Of a stretch of DNA of 64,000 nt, positions 1-13,126 are shown one piece after another. This DNA is from Naegleria gruberi. Its lineage: Eukaryota. Position 1 is the first letter of the stretch. The number at the start of each line of letters is the position of its first letter. A program made the translations under genes and the position numbers. The stretch lies in the NCBI GenBank assembly GCA_000004985.1, contig GG738892.1; one strand, 5' to 3'. The notes beneath the pieces are model-generated. The model was not told the DNA's origin, searched no databases, and saw only the letters and a list, made by a program, of their open reading frames with translations.

Positions 1-56
1 TTGACAACTGGAGCAATATTGATTCTAGGCACAATGAGGAAATTTGTGGACATGTC

Positions 57-3000
57 AGGATGTTTGGTATATAAATTATTCAATCCCTTTTCAAACAGTA
101 AACTATAGGTCTCTGAAGGAATAGCAATCTTGATGGTCGGATTAAAACTGAGAATAGCCTCAATCCAAGATATTGATTCTGTTTCATGAGCAAGAATAAT
201 GACTGCCTCAATATTTTGATTGGAAAGTTGGATTGCAGTTGAGGTTGGATTACTCACAACATCAAAAACTTCCAATCCAACATCATAATTCTCAATATAT
301 TCCTTAATGGATGGTATTGTTTTTGTTGTATAATATCCAATTGGTGAATAGAGAATTGAAGCTTGTCCGTAGGTTTGCTTAAAATATTTCATTTGGGCAA
401 TTACTTCATCAAATACTGATGGTCTCCAATTAATAAAGTATTTAGAGTATGGTTTTCTATATTCTAGCGAACCAGCCAAGACAAACATTGGAATTTGATA
501 CTTTTTCAAAATATCCGTCACATTTCCATATTGATCAACACTCAATCTCAAATTACTTCCAAAAAAGCCAAATACACCCTGTTTTGTGGAAAGGGATTGT
601 AACTTGTATTCGAGACCATATTTCTCAACTTCTCCAGAAAAATATTCTGTGTGAATTTCAATTTTTTGAGATGCTTTGGAATTGTAAACAGTGAGATAGG
701 TTTGAAGACCTCTTGAATAGGCATCATATGAATGAGGTGCCTCAGATATCAAATCCAATTTTCCTGCCTTTGTGGAACTGTCATCATCATAGGGAATAAG
801 ACGACCGAATATAATTGGTTTTGAAATTACACTAGAAATGGAATCTGCCAATCCACTTCTTCTATAGGTTCCCTTATAATCTTGGAATGCACAAGAAGCT
901 GTATCATATTGTTTGGTAAATGTCTCAGTAAAAACAGATCCGGAATAGGAGTATAAAAACCCAGTTCTCAATCCCAAATTACATGGATTGGTGGCAGATT
1001 TAGAAAACGCTCCAAAAGTTATACCAGTTTCAGATTCCTTAATTACAGATTGAGTATAGACATAATCCATAAACGATTTTTTGGTAATTTGATTTCCCAC
1101 TGTATCCACTATTGTGGTAATAAATTTTCCAATATAATAACCTTCCAAAGTTCTTTTGTGTGCCCAAACTGATGAATCCGAAGGATAGTAATCCTTGATT
1201 ACCTTGTTAAACTCTGTAACAAATGAATTTGAGCTTGATGAAAATGATGGGATGTGAGAAACATAGAAAACTTGGAATGGAGAGGATGGATTCACGTTAG
1301 CTGCTAAGAATGATTTCATCTTGGTTTCTACATGATCAGAAAAATAAGAATTAATCAGATAAATACTCAATCCCTTTCTGAAAACTGGATTGGTTGTGTA
1401 GGTGAGCTGAATCTTTGAAAGTATAGATACAATGCTATCATAACTATCAAAGAGAGTAATGAGTAAAACTTGTGGATTGGCATTACTAGTCAATTCATCA
1501 ATGATTGTATCCAATGATTTAAGGCCTGAATCTGAATTGATGATAGAAGATTGACTGTCAATATTCAAATTAATAATATTCATCATGGTGGAAAATGTTT
1601 GGAAAGCTTCACTTGAATACGGGCAATCAGGTTTGTAAATAACACTCATTCTAGATTGAGCTTGTTTCATACTATAAGTAATTAAAGTTCCCAATTGTTC
1701 TGTCAATGTCAAGTGTAAATTCATAACAGGAGAATAGAACGAGCTCCTAAGAGTTCTCAAATTTGTAGCAGCAATCACACTAGCAATATCTGAATACTCA
1801 CTGTTTTGTTTGATATCAAGAGTTTGTGCATTATTAATTCCATCCAAATTGAGTACACCCTCTGTGAAACCAACCAATGCAACAGATTCATGCAAATTCT
1901 TTAATTCTCTTGTGTTGAAGAGAAGTGAACTAGAATCGTTGTGATAAAGAGTTTTCAATTCGATTTGCAATTTGTCAGAGGAAACTTTGGAATTTCTTCT
2001 CTTGAAAGCAGCTTGAATTCCCTTTCTTAACATTTCATCTTGAAGATTTTCTTTTTCAATGGATTGACCAAATATTATTGGTTTCTTGAGAATGGATGTA
2101 TCTGAAATGCAAGATCCATATTCGTACCATGAAAGTTGTTTAAAAACTGAGAATGAAACATTGGAAACGTATGGTGTTTTTCCAATATTAACAGAACTCA
2201 AATAAACAATCTTGAGTCCTTGATTGCAATTTGAAGCACAACTAACAGATGTTGCATTGGCAGAGAATGGTAAATATTGATCATAGACATTGGCACTTTC
2301 ACACCATTTGAAATTGACCTTGGTTCCATCAAAAACAAATGAACCACCATTATTAGTCTCAGAATTACCTGCAGTATAATCAATGTAAGATGTTGCAATA
2401 AAATTTGATCTTGTTAAATCACCTATAATAGTTTTGAGCATTGAATAGGCAAGCTTTCCAGTCAAATAACCCTCGAGTTCAATAAATGTTGGTTGAAAGG
2501 TAGAAACGTCCTTTCCAGTTGCTTTCAGATAAGCCTTTCTAGCTCTGTGATAAGACCTCACAACTGGTACTGTCAAATCCATTGGACTCGGCACGACTTG
2601 TGAAATGATAACATTATCCGTATAATATGTCGATGCAAATTTTAAAGAAGGCAAAGGGGATTGATTCAAATCATCAGTCAGGGCAGCACTTCCAACAAAA
2701 CTAACTGTCAAGAATATCATTTCACTTGCCTTTTCATATCCGTAATTTGTTCCGTTAGCAGAGAAGGCCACATTCTTTACCATTTTGATATATTTTGAAA
2801 GTGGAGCATACGTTCCAACAAGTACAATTGCCTCAGGATTACACTTTCCAATCGTATAGAAGGCATCTTCAACTGCCAATGTATTTCTAGTGTACAGACC
2901 TGTAGAGCAGAGTGAAATGTTCATTCGTGAGACGAGGGATCTGTTAATTCCGTTAAAACCAGCAATACCAAAGGCATCATTCTGATACATGATACTAATT

Positions 3001-4074
3001 CTTCTGATGAGTTTGGTATTTACAAGCCAATCAACCATGGCAGCAGTTTCATCATCATACGAAGCTCTCAAATTAATAACATTTGGATAGAAAGGTGTTC
3101 TAAGCCAACCAACTCCAGTGAATGAACCAAGAAGTGGAATGGAAGTTTTAGTAACATCTGGAAAGACTGCACTAACAGTTGGTGTTCCTATTATATCAAT
3201 ATTCAATTCATTAATAACATGTATATGGAGGAATAAATAGGTGATGATGGTAGTTTAGATTAAATAAGAACAGAGGAACTGTTACTACTTACCAACATAT
3301 CCAATTAATCCAAATATTTTACTAACATCTACACTTGTAATAAATTGAGGAGATGATGAGTTAAGGTAAGGCTGATAAATAAGCGAGCTGGTAGGGGGTG
3401 TTGTATTATAGAGAAAGAAGTCGGTATTAATCTTTGTATTGGTAGGCTCATAGGCATCATCTAATTGTACAATTTTATCACATGTTTACATTATTTTCAT
3501 CGTTCATGTATTCAATGTATTCAATACCCAAAACATAATAATATAAATTAAATACCGACCGAACAACAATATTACATACCCAAAGTTAAGAGTTTCAGCT
3601 TTTTGTTATTCCAAACTCCTCCCATAGAATTAACTTCTTCAAAAGCCGCTAAAATTCCATCTCTCATTTCAGTTCCCAATCTAAAGTAACAATATCATGA
3701 AGAAAGAAAGTATATTAAGGGAATTTCAAAAATAATTACATGTTCTTTCCAATGCATAGAACTTACTTTTTAGAAAGGCCAGTGAGTGGAGCTGACTGTG
3801 CAAACCATATTTCCTGTTCGTTATTCCACAGCACAGTGTCTTCCCAAGGTCGTTTCGGCGATATTGCTGTTGTTGACGACGAGCCGTTCAGTTCGACCAT
3901 TATTAAAAGTGTTACTAGGAGGAGGATTGATATTGTTGTGATGAAGGAAGAGTAGAATGCTCTGAAATGTTGCTGTTGTGGTCTTCCTCTTGCTGCCTGA
4001 TGATGAGAATGAGGTAGGCTGTTAGAGAGGCACTTGGCCTTATTTAACCTCAATATGTCCACTCGTTGTAGCAT
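57..4074 (-). CDS. Large secreted/extracellular protein with about three tandem ANF-receptor-like (periplasmic-binding-protein type I, LIVBP-like) domains. Multi-exon: complement(join(57..3187,3293..3460,3580..3680,3767..~4074)). The 5' exon start is uncertain.
   Basis: A long open minus-strand frame lies over 57..3187; it is absent from the ORF track because the spliced exons lack an ATG. GT..AG introns read directly: GTAAGTAG...ATAG (3188..3292), GTATGTAA...AATTAG (3461..3579), GTAAGT...TTTAG (3681..3766). The translation has repeated PBP1/ANF-receptor signatures, e.g. MRDGILAAFEEVN..GG..KLKLLTLDD and IFGLIGYVGTPTVSAVFPDVTKTSIPLLGSFTG...IMYQNDAFG, with similar blocks repeated twice more. 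Exon 1 encodes a hydrophobic signal-peptide-like stretch (FITTISILLLVTLLIMV). The stop TGA is near 57. Confidence 0.6.
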
Positions 4075-5989
4075 GTTGAGAGGTGGTTGCAGTGTATGTT
4101 TTTTGTTGGGTTTCTTTTTGCGTGTATCGAAAAGGATATTCACACCATTTGATGTTCACAGCATACCTCACGACCTCCGCTCTATTGAGGATAATTTCTC
4201 TTTAGAGATTCTAAATATTGGCCAAAAAGCCAAAACCAGCAATCTACAAAATTGGTGTTTTCTCTCCAACAAAGCACGAACATATTGTGGAAATTGAAAA
4301 GTAAAAGAGATTCTCTTAAGTGAATGAATTCTTAGCCCTTTACATATGTAAATTTTCGTGTCCAAAGTATATTAATACACTGCCAGATTCTCTAGAGATG
4401 CAATTTGAATTGATTGCCACTGCATTAAGGCTAACCTCTTTGGGAAGTTAGAATGTTGCGAGGATGATTCATTGTTATGCACTGAAAAGAAACTTATTTG
4501 TGTGAAATGACCTAAAACTTCAAAGGCTTGGGTGGGTGTCCTTAGTGAATTTGTGATTTACGCGAAATGGTTGCAATTCTTGAAAACTTGTTTGACTCTT
4601 ATTGTAGTCCAAATGGGGAAGGATCCATTTGAGAGATGATTTGAATTATTCCTCCTCCTCATCATTAACCTTATTTCTTGTCAGGAATAAAAAAACGCCA
4701 TCTAATAAAACACAATTTTGGTTCATTGTACACAACCTAAAAGGCCAATCCACGAGCACGAACAGTGTGCCTCTTCTCGTTGCTTAAGCCTCAATATAGT
4801 GGTGTATTCCTACAAGTTTCTCCTGCCATATTAACCAATAACCATTTCCTTCAACGCTGTATTCATTCAAGGCTCCAAATAGAGTAGGGAACTTGTGTCA
4901 CAACTTCCAATGTACCCGCAAGTTGGAGATCACTTTTTTGGGGACAGGTCAATTACTGTAATCTAAACAGAGACCAATAAATTGGAACAAAAGGCGACAA
5001 TTCAACTCTAACATAAATCCCTTAATCTAGATATAAATGATGATCCACCAAATAACAGGAATTAAATTTCATACAACTCTTTGAAAATCCAATAGAATGT
5101 TCTTCTTTGAAACTGTTGACAAATCCAATCCGAATTGTTCAACAACCAAATCTTAAGAAATGAAGACAATTTTGTTCCGATTTTTGGAAATAATCAAACT
5201 CAAATTTCTCTTGTTAATTTTGAACGGTTATGAATATTTCGGAATTCATTATTATCACTTGATTTTCCTCTTCATCAATATTATTTAAAAATCCAATATT
5301 TGATGATGAATTTTCAAAGTTTCATCTAAATTACATTCATGATCAACTTCGGAATGTACAAATTCCTCACTGACTACTATAAATCCCATTAGTGTTACAA
5401 AAGTGTTTAACAGGCTTTCTTTCCACTGATAAACATTTGGATTTCTATCGACGGTAACACCACTAAAAAATGAGTTCTCTGTACTTTTGTTTATTTTGTT
5501 TGGTTATTTTCTCTTCAAGTCTCTTGTAAGTGATTTGTTATCTATTGTTGGATTGTATTCTTTTGTTGTTGACTAAGCGTATTAATTTCAGCTGATAAGG
5601 GGCAAACACCAACCACAAGGCAATAGTTTAAGGTTGTAATTGGTGTACTGAAAAGTTCCAACTTGACTCTTCAACTTAAAATTGTGTTTGACAGTTCAAT
5701 AAAGGTGCCAAAAAGCAGTATTGTCATCTCATTCGTCCTTATTCCCTAATTGCCAATCATCAATCAACATGCTTTTCACATATTGACAGCCATCAACAAT
5801 TTGTTCTTTTTTAAAAATTTTAATTAAAAAAAATCTAGATTTCAACCCCTTGTGTTGTTCTTCCATCAAAACGACAAGAACAATTTCTAACGTTTTTATC
5901 TGTGGTAGTAATTACTCTTTCTACACATTAAACAACAAGCCTGTTGTTTCCACTACATTCTAATAACAAGAAGAAAGAAACTAAACAAA

Positions 5990-8900
5990 ATGTCCAATCA
6001 AACCAAGATGGATCTTTCCATCGCTGAGAGAAGAGCCTACGAATTTCTTCTCCGTTCTGAAGAAGCCAAACGTTGGATTGAAGAAATGATTCAGGAAAAA
6101 TTCGGTCAAGGCTCATCCATTGCCTACTTTGGTGAAATGATGAGAGATGGTGTGGCCCTTGCAAAGCTCGCCAAAATTTTCGCGCCAACCCACGTAAAAA
6201 AAATCAACAAGCCTAGTCAGAATGCGATCAAGTTGGAATTTTCCTTGGTTGATAATATTACTCAATTTTTGAATGCTTGTAAATCAACTGGTTTTAGAGA
6301 GATTTATCTTTTTGGTATGTTTTGTTTTTTTGAAGTGATTTTTATTCATATTTGTATTGTTTACTTGTTGTGTGTATTGATAATTTTTGTGATGATGACT
6401 ACTTGTTATGATTCATATGAATGATGGTTGTGTGATATGATGATGATTGATGATAATATAATACTACAATATAGAGGTTACCGATTTGTGGGAATTGAAG
6501 AATGTTTACAAAGTGGTGCATTGTCTCCATTCACTTTCTGTTTACTTATACACAAATGGTTTGTCAATCAAGATGGAAAGACTCAAGTCACTCAATATTT
6601 CTAGGGAAGATTTGGAACGTACAAAGAAAATGCTTGATGATTTGGAAAATTCTGGTATCAAATTTGATGATTCCATGATTGAAGGTGATGAAGGTGAAAG
6701 TAGCGAAGATTGTGACACTGATGTTAGATCAGACAAAATTAGAGAATACGTCACTAGTTTGGCCGATCCAGATCATTGTAAAGTAGATGGAGATAAGTTA
6801 AATTCAGCCATTTGTGGTGTGGAATCAAAATTCACAATCACAGCTTTTGATTCAGATGGTAATTTATTAAAGGGTTGCCAAGACAAATTTGAAGTTCAAT
6901 TGCAATCAGGATCAACAACATTCAATGCAAACGTCAAAAATAATAGAGATGGTACTTTTGAAGTGAGCTACACTCCTCAAGTTGCTGGTGACTATGTCAT
7001 GACCATTTCTCTCTTTGATGATGAATTGGGTGATGTTGTAGGTAACATTACAAATAAGAATGCATCAGATGGTGCTTGGAAAGTCAAGATTACAGCAAAC
7101 CCTGTTTCTGATCTATCAAAATGTGTACTCAAACAACAAAGAGATAATGCCAAGAGAGTATATAGAGCTGGTCAAGTTATTGATGATCTCATCTTGGAAA
7201 GTAGAGACTCATGCGGAAATATTGGTCTTGGAGGTGAAAAATTCGCTGCCAAGCTCATTTCCACTGTTGACAAGTCTGTTGTTTTCAATTCTAATGTTTT
7301 GGACAATAAGAATGGTCTCTATCAATTCATCTTCCAAATTGAAAGATCTGGTTCTTATGAATTGGAAGTTACTCGTGGTGATGAATACCTCTCCTCAACT
7401 CGTATTCCAGTCTCAATTCATGATTCTGGTAAGACTGATCCAAACAATTGTCTCTTCATTGGATTGGAAAGCAATTTGCTTCACTTGCTTGAAGATAATG
7501 GCAGCGAGTCCAACAAGGTCTTATCTTTGAGAAAGAAGGAAAATATTGTTAAATTGGAAAGAAAGGCAGGCGATGTCATTAGATTCTTGGTTCAAGCTCG
7601 TGACCAATATGGTAACAATCGTGAAGTTGATGGAACTAATGAATCCACTCTTCCACAACTCGTCTCTGAACAATTGACTGTTATTGCTTGTTTGGAAAGC
7701 TCTGATTCACCAACTATTGAAAATATTGACTCTGTTTTGATGACTCCAAGAACTGCCATGGTTGCCAAGAAACTTGGTGAATCAGGTACTCAATCCGATG
7801 GTGTTGCTGTTGATTCTACAATTGTCAAGATTCCACACATGAAGAACGACTCTGAATTGAGTGTATTGTTGGGTCTTGAACAATATGCCCAAAAGTTCAA
7901 TGGTTCTCAAGAAATGGAAAAGAAACTCTTTGAAACCATGTCCAAGTTTGTTTCTGAAAATGGTCATCACGGTTTGTACCTTGTTGAAACTAAATTGGTC
8001 GAAAGTGGAGACTATTCTTTGCAATGTAACTTGTTACAAGGAGATTGTACTTCCACATCAACTGCCGAAACTGACTCTGAATCCAAATCAAAGCCAACTC
8101 TCTACGCTGTTGGTCCAGCTCACACTGTTCACATTACTGATAATGGTCTCACTGATGCTAGTCAATGTGCAATTGTTCAAAGTTTCTCCAAGGGTGAAAG
8201 TGTTTCCAATACTGTTGTTGTTCCAAACAGCTCACTCAAGTTGGATCTCCAGAAGGATGATTATGAAAATCCAGACAATTTTTCCGATACTTTCAAAAAG
8301 TTCCATGCTGGTCGTGAAATGCACATTATTGTTCAAGCTCGTGACAAGTTTGGAAATGCTCGTAACATTGTAGAAAGTGATGAATTCTTATTGAAACTCA
8401 CTCCAAAACAAAAATCAGAACAATCTACTGAAGTTATTCCAGTGTCTGCCTCCTCACAAAAATTCGTTCAAGGAAAGGGTCTCTTTGAAATTGTCTACAC
8501 TGCCAAGATTGCTCAATCATACTATATGGAATTGGCATATGTTGACAAGTCTAAACTTGCTCCAGAAGTCACTGAACAAGAAAAGGCAGCTGCTGCTCAA
8601 TTGATCAAATCATTCCCACAAGAAATTACTGTCACTGATGCTGCAATTACTGATCCACACAATCTTTTATTCTCTGGTACTGGTATTACTAATGCTGTTC
8701 AAGGAAAGGAAAGTTTCTTTGTTTTGAGAATGAGAGATGAATTTGGTAACTTGAGACACCAAGGAGGAGATGATGTTAAGGCTACTCTCATTTCTGATGC
8801 TCGTAAGCTCGAATCTGCTGCCGAAGTTATTGACAATAAGGATGGTTCATACACTGTCAAGTATGTTGCTAAGGCCTCCGGTAAGAATCGTTTCGAAATT

Positions 8901-11321
8901 GTTATCAATGGTCAACTTGTCAAGAATAATGACATTTTGGATGCTGGTGTTTTCGTTTCACCACCAAATATTGAAGATGCAAGCAATGTTGAAACTATTC
9001 TTGATCACGATTTACTCTCTGCCCTCATGAATGCTTTCCGTGTTGAACAAAAGACTGATAACTTGGTTGAACAAATCCAAGCTCTCAGACAAGAATTGGT
9101 TAAACAACTTCGTGAAAACACCAAGATTAGTACTGATGTCAGAGATAAGGAAAGAAAGATTGCTCTCCTTGCTGAAAACAAGTATCGTGCTGAAGAAATC
9201 ATGAATCAAGGAAAGAGTGGTATTATTGGTTACTTCCAACGTCGTAAGACTATGCAATTCGGTGGACCTCTTGGAATTACCTCTGCTGCTGATGCCATGA
9301 TTAAGGAAAATATCAGTCTCTATGGTAACTTGTTCTACTTGCTTCAAACTAATCCAAAGTATCTTGCCAAGTGTATTTTCCTCGTTCCTGCATCAGATGT
9401 TGATCAATTCCTCAATACTGTCACTTTGACCTTGTACGGTTATGCTTTCAATCCTCGTGAAGAATATTTGATTTTGAACTTGTTCAATGAAACTCTCCAA
9501 CTCGAAGTTAAGAGTTCCACATTGGAAAGTTTCTTGTCTGGTAACCCAATTCTCATCAAATTGTTGATTACTTATTGTCACGAAAGAATTTCAGGAAAGA
9601 CCTTCTTGCAAAAGGTTTTGTACGACAAGATTTTGGATCCTATCCTCGAAGAAAAGGATCTCAACTTGGATCTTAACCCAATCAGTCTTCTCCGTGATAT
9701 TGTCTCTCAAAAGGAAGTTGAAACTGGTATCAAGAGCAATATTGACTTTAAGGAAATGACCTATGAAAAGGCTATGGAAGCTGATGAAAATGTTCGTAAT
9801 GCCATCAATTCTAGAAAGAACAGCTTGATCAAGATTTGTGAACAAATTCTCAATTGTATCTATGATAACATTCCTGAATTGCCATATGGTTTACGTTTCG
9901 TTTGTCGTCAATTGAGAACTTTGCTCATGCAAAAGTATCCAAATCACGATGATGAAAAGAAGATTAACCAAGTCATTTCATACGTTCTCTTCTTCCGTTA
10001 TTTGAACGCTCCACTTTGTACTCCTGATGGTTACAATTTGACAAAGAAGAAGATTTCTCCACTCATGAGAAACAATCTTGCCCTCATTTCAAAGGTCTTG
10101 TTGAGAATTTCTACCTTCAGAGAATTTGAAGCCGTGGATACTCACATGTTAATGATGAACGAATGGATTCGTGACAATATTCCATTGTTTAGCCAAAAGT
10201 TCTTGACTCCAAGTTTGGAAATCGTTGAACCAGAAGAATATCTCGGTGTCAATCAATATGCTGAACTTACTCAAAAGAAGAATCCAAGCATTACCATTAC
10301 TATTAATGAAATTGCCCTTACTCACTCTCTCCTTGTCAAGTTCAGCGGAAGAATCATCCCAACTGGTGAAGCTGCCGATCCACTTTCTGACCTCCTCACT
10401 CGTTTCAAGGATAAGATTCCAGAACAAGTTGAAACTGCCAAGAATGAAGAAATTACATTGTCTCTTGTCCCATTCAGTGTCAATGGAAAGGCTGAAGCCA
10501 CTGATGACTGGCTCACACTTTCACCAGAACAATTGTACGAAGTTACAAAGGAAAATGTTAGAACTATTCTTCGTTACATTACTCCACTTCAATTGGGAGA
10601 AACCGTTGAGGATACCTTGTCAAAGTCTGACTCTTATGCTGACGAAGTATTGAAGAATACTGAAAATATTGACAATGAAGTTGCTGGTTTGACAATCAAG
10701 AGAAAGGTCGAAGAAATTCGTAAGGCCCTTCCAAAATTGGATGAAGCTCAAATCATTACCAAGGAAAATCACTACCGTAAATTGTTGATCGATATCACTA
10801 AGGAAATTCAAAATCGTGAAGAACTCCAAAAGAAGCAACAAAAGGAAGTGGAAAGATTGAAGGAAAGTTTGAACAGTTTGAGATCATATCACTCATTCTT
10901 GAAGGACAAGGATGTCAGCTTGGATGAATACGTTCAACAAACTCTCAGAAACTATTTCAAGAAGCAAGAAAAGAAGAAGCAAGAATCTTCATCCAAGAGC
11001 AACAAGGTAAAGAGCTACAAGTTCAGCTATAAGGATTTGTCTGAAAAGTACAAGATTATCCACGACATTCAAGAAGGTTCATTTGGTACTCTCCAAAAGA
11101 AGGTTATCAAGTTTACAATTTCAATGAACGAAGGAGAACCAGGTGTCTTCTCAGTTTGTCCAACACTTGCTGGTAATGTCATTACTACTCTCCAACTCAG
11201 ATTGGAAGATTTGCTCGATAAGCGTGAAAAGGGTCAAGAACATCTCAAGATTGAAGGTGTTGTGCTCAATGTCAACATGACCATTCACTTGCTCAATAAG
11301 AAATTCTTATCAAAGAATTAA
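5990..11321 (+). CDS. IQGAP-family Ras GTPase-activating-like protein. It has an N-terminal calponin-homology domain, multiple filamin-type Ig repeats, a RasGAP-related domain and a RasGAP C-terminus. join(5990..6306,6476..11321).
   Basis: Exon 1 encodes a CH domain (FGEMMRDGVALAKLAKIFAP...). The intron runs GTATGT (6307) to ATATAG (6475). Exon 2 continues the CH domain (DLWELKNVYKVVHCLHSLSVYLY). The GAP-related domain carries the IQGAP-type motif FFRYLNAPLCTPDGYNL (compare YYRYMNPAIVAPD). Repeated beta-rich ~95-aa units are typical of filamin repeats. The C-terminus is coiled-coil and K/E-rich. Confidence 0.8.
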
Positions 11322-11565
11322 TTTATAAAACCTATTATTAATGTATCCATCTTTGACCATCTTCACTCTTAATTGTGATGGGCTTTTTACTTTCTGAACA
11401 ACTATTCAAAGAGCTTCTTCCAACCCAATGAAGGTGCACAATGTAGTAAGGCTGATAATCTGAGCGCTTAAATTTTTTTTGGGGCAGAGACCTATCGCTA
11501 GCAGTATCGAAAGGGCCAACAAGCGCCCTCAGCCTTAAAAAAAATTATACAAAAAAAAATTCACG

Positions 11566-13110
11566 ATGAAAGCCTCATCATCACGCCTCCTCGTCTTGTG
11601 TTGTGGTCTATTGTTGATTCTCGGCCACTTGATTGAGGCACAAAAGGTAAAGATTGATTCTACCTTTGGTACAAAGAATATGGTGGTGAATGATTTTGTT
11701 CAATATAATTTTCCTATTGTGATTCAACAAACACAATGTGCTTTACAAGTCTCGTTTGATTATAATATTAATGTTGGTATGAATGCCTCTCGATTTGCTT
11801 TCACTGCTGAGACTTTATCACCCAATCCATTCGGAACACTTCATACTCCAGCTACTACTAATTTGAAGATTTATGGATTGTACAAGATTACTTTTGAAGA
11901 TTTTGATCCAAACACTGGAAGTTTAGATATTACAGTTGTTTTGAGTAATCCTAGTGGTTTCTTGAATGTTAATCCATTCTCGATGATATTTTACAAGAAG
12001 GCTGATGCTACATTGATGGGAGAATTTGTTGATGCTGAATCTCATGCATTTTCTGATTCTGTCATGATTGCAACTAATTATAACAACTTGTTGACACAAA
12101 ATTTATTGGTTGCTGGTTTGTATGGTGATTTAGCTCAATCAGTTCAATCTAGAATTGACAAGTCAAATACTGTTCCAGGTCCAACAACTTTCCTCTTTGA
12201 CATTCTTCCAAGTATGAGTCAATCCCTTATTATTGCATTCCCAAATCAAAAGCCAGCCAAGACTCCTCCAACCTTTACTTTGTCTGAATATAATGATTTT
12301 GAACCGACTGCTGTTCCAAAGGGTTATGTTTCTCTCCACTCTTATCAACTCTCCACTTCTGTTGATCCTCCAACATTTTCTGGTTCTACTTGGAGTTTAA
12401 GTTTTGATGCCACTGTTGGATTTTTTTTAAATGACGAGAAGACTCCTGTTGAAATTCAACCATCAAGTCTTACATGTGCCTGTACTGCAAACTCTGATGA
12501 AATTTATCAAAAAGTGGAAAGCAGAGTTAGTACCGATAAGTTGACTTGTAAGATTGAAGATCCAACAACATGTGTCTATCCAATGATCATTGCTAGATTG
12601 GCCCCAAAGGAATCCGTTCCTGTTCAAGTTACTGACATGACCTTTGGTCAAACCTTTAGAGAAAAGGTTGAATATGGTAATAAGAAGATGTTCAAGGTTG
12701 TTGTTCCTTCTAGTGTCAAGTTTACCATTTCTGCCAAGTCACTCTATCAAGGAGAAACTGCAACATTGTTTGTTAATAGTAGAGGCTTCCCTACTGAAAC
12801 TGTCAATATCGCCAGAAAGTCCATTGATAATAAGGAAACTACTGTTACAATTGAAAATAAGGAAGTTGGTCCACTCGATTATTACATTTCCATTGCTCCA
12901 GTTTTTGCTGAAGGTGCTGTTATTATATTGAATGTTGATTATAGCTCATCTCTGGATGATAACGCAATTATCATTTTATCTGTAACCATTCCAATGTTCT
13001 TTTTGGTTCTAATTGTTTGTATGATTTTGGTTGTCGTTCTCTGTAGAAAGAAGAAGCCAGTTATTGAAAGTGATCCTTCAATGTTCCACAAGCTTCAAGA
13101 CAATCAATAA
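11566..13110 (+). CDS. Type I membrane glycoprotein of unknown function: signal peptide, Cys-containing ectodomain, single C-terminal TM helix.
   Basis: Single 514-aa ORF. The N-terminal signal peptide is MKASSSRLLVLCCGLLLILGHLIEAQ. The C-terminal TM is IIILSVTIPMFFLVLIVCMILVVVLC followed by RKKKP. It starts at a true ATG. Confidence 0.6.
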   Translation: MKASSSRLLVLCCGLLLILGHLIEAQKVKIDSTFGTKNMVVNDFVQYNFPIVIQQTQCALQVSFDYNINVGMNASRFAFTAETLSPNPFGTLHTPATTNLKIYGLYKITFEDFDPNTGSLDITVVLSNPSGFLNVNPFSMIFYKKADATLMGEFVDAESHAFSDSVMIATNYNNLLTQNLLVAGLYGDLAQSVQSRIDKSNTVPGPTTFLFDILPSMSQSLIIAFPNQKPAKTPPTFTLSEYNDFEPTAVPKGYVSLHSYQLSTSVDPPTFSGSTWSLSFDATVGFFLNDEKTPVEIQPSSLTCACTANSDEIYQKVESRVSTDKLTCKIEDPTTCVYPMIIARLAPKESVPVQVTDMTFGQTFREKVEYGNKKMFKVVVPSSVKFTISAKSLYQGETATLFVNSRGFPTETVNIARKSIDNKETTVTIENKEVGPLDYYISIAPVFAEGAVIILNVDYSSSLDDNAIIILSVTIPMFFLVLIVCMILVVVLCRKKKPVIESDPSMFHKLQDNQ

Positions 13111-13126
13111 ATCACAATTTGATTGC

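Noticed and set aside
3740-4365. Four small overlapping ORFs (71-126 aa) on both strands.
   Set aside because: Only the minus-strand 3763..4143 frame is used, as the signal-peptide exon of the PBP-domain gene. The others are overlapping noise.
4000-5990. ~2 kb ORF-poor region with slightly higher GC between two divergent genes; a possible ncRNA or mobile element.
   Set aside because: There are no repeats, terminal inverted repeats, conserved snRNA/rRNA motifs or convincing structure. Part of it is probably the 5' exon/UTR of the minus-strand gene, and the rest is promoter.
6542-10841. Many 60-150 aa ORFs on both strands inside the IQGAP gene.
   Set aside because: They are shadow ORFs within a long, domain-supported reading frame.
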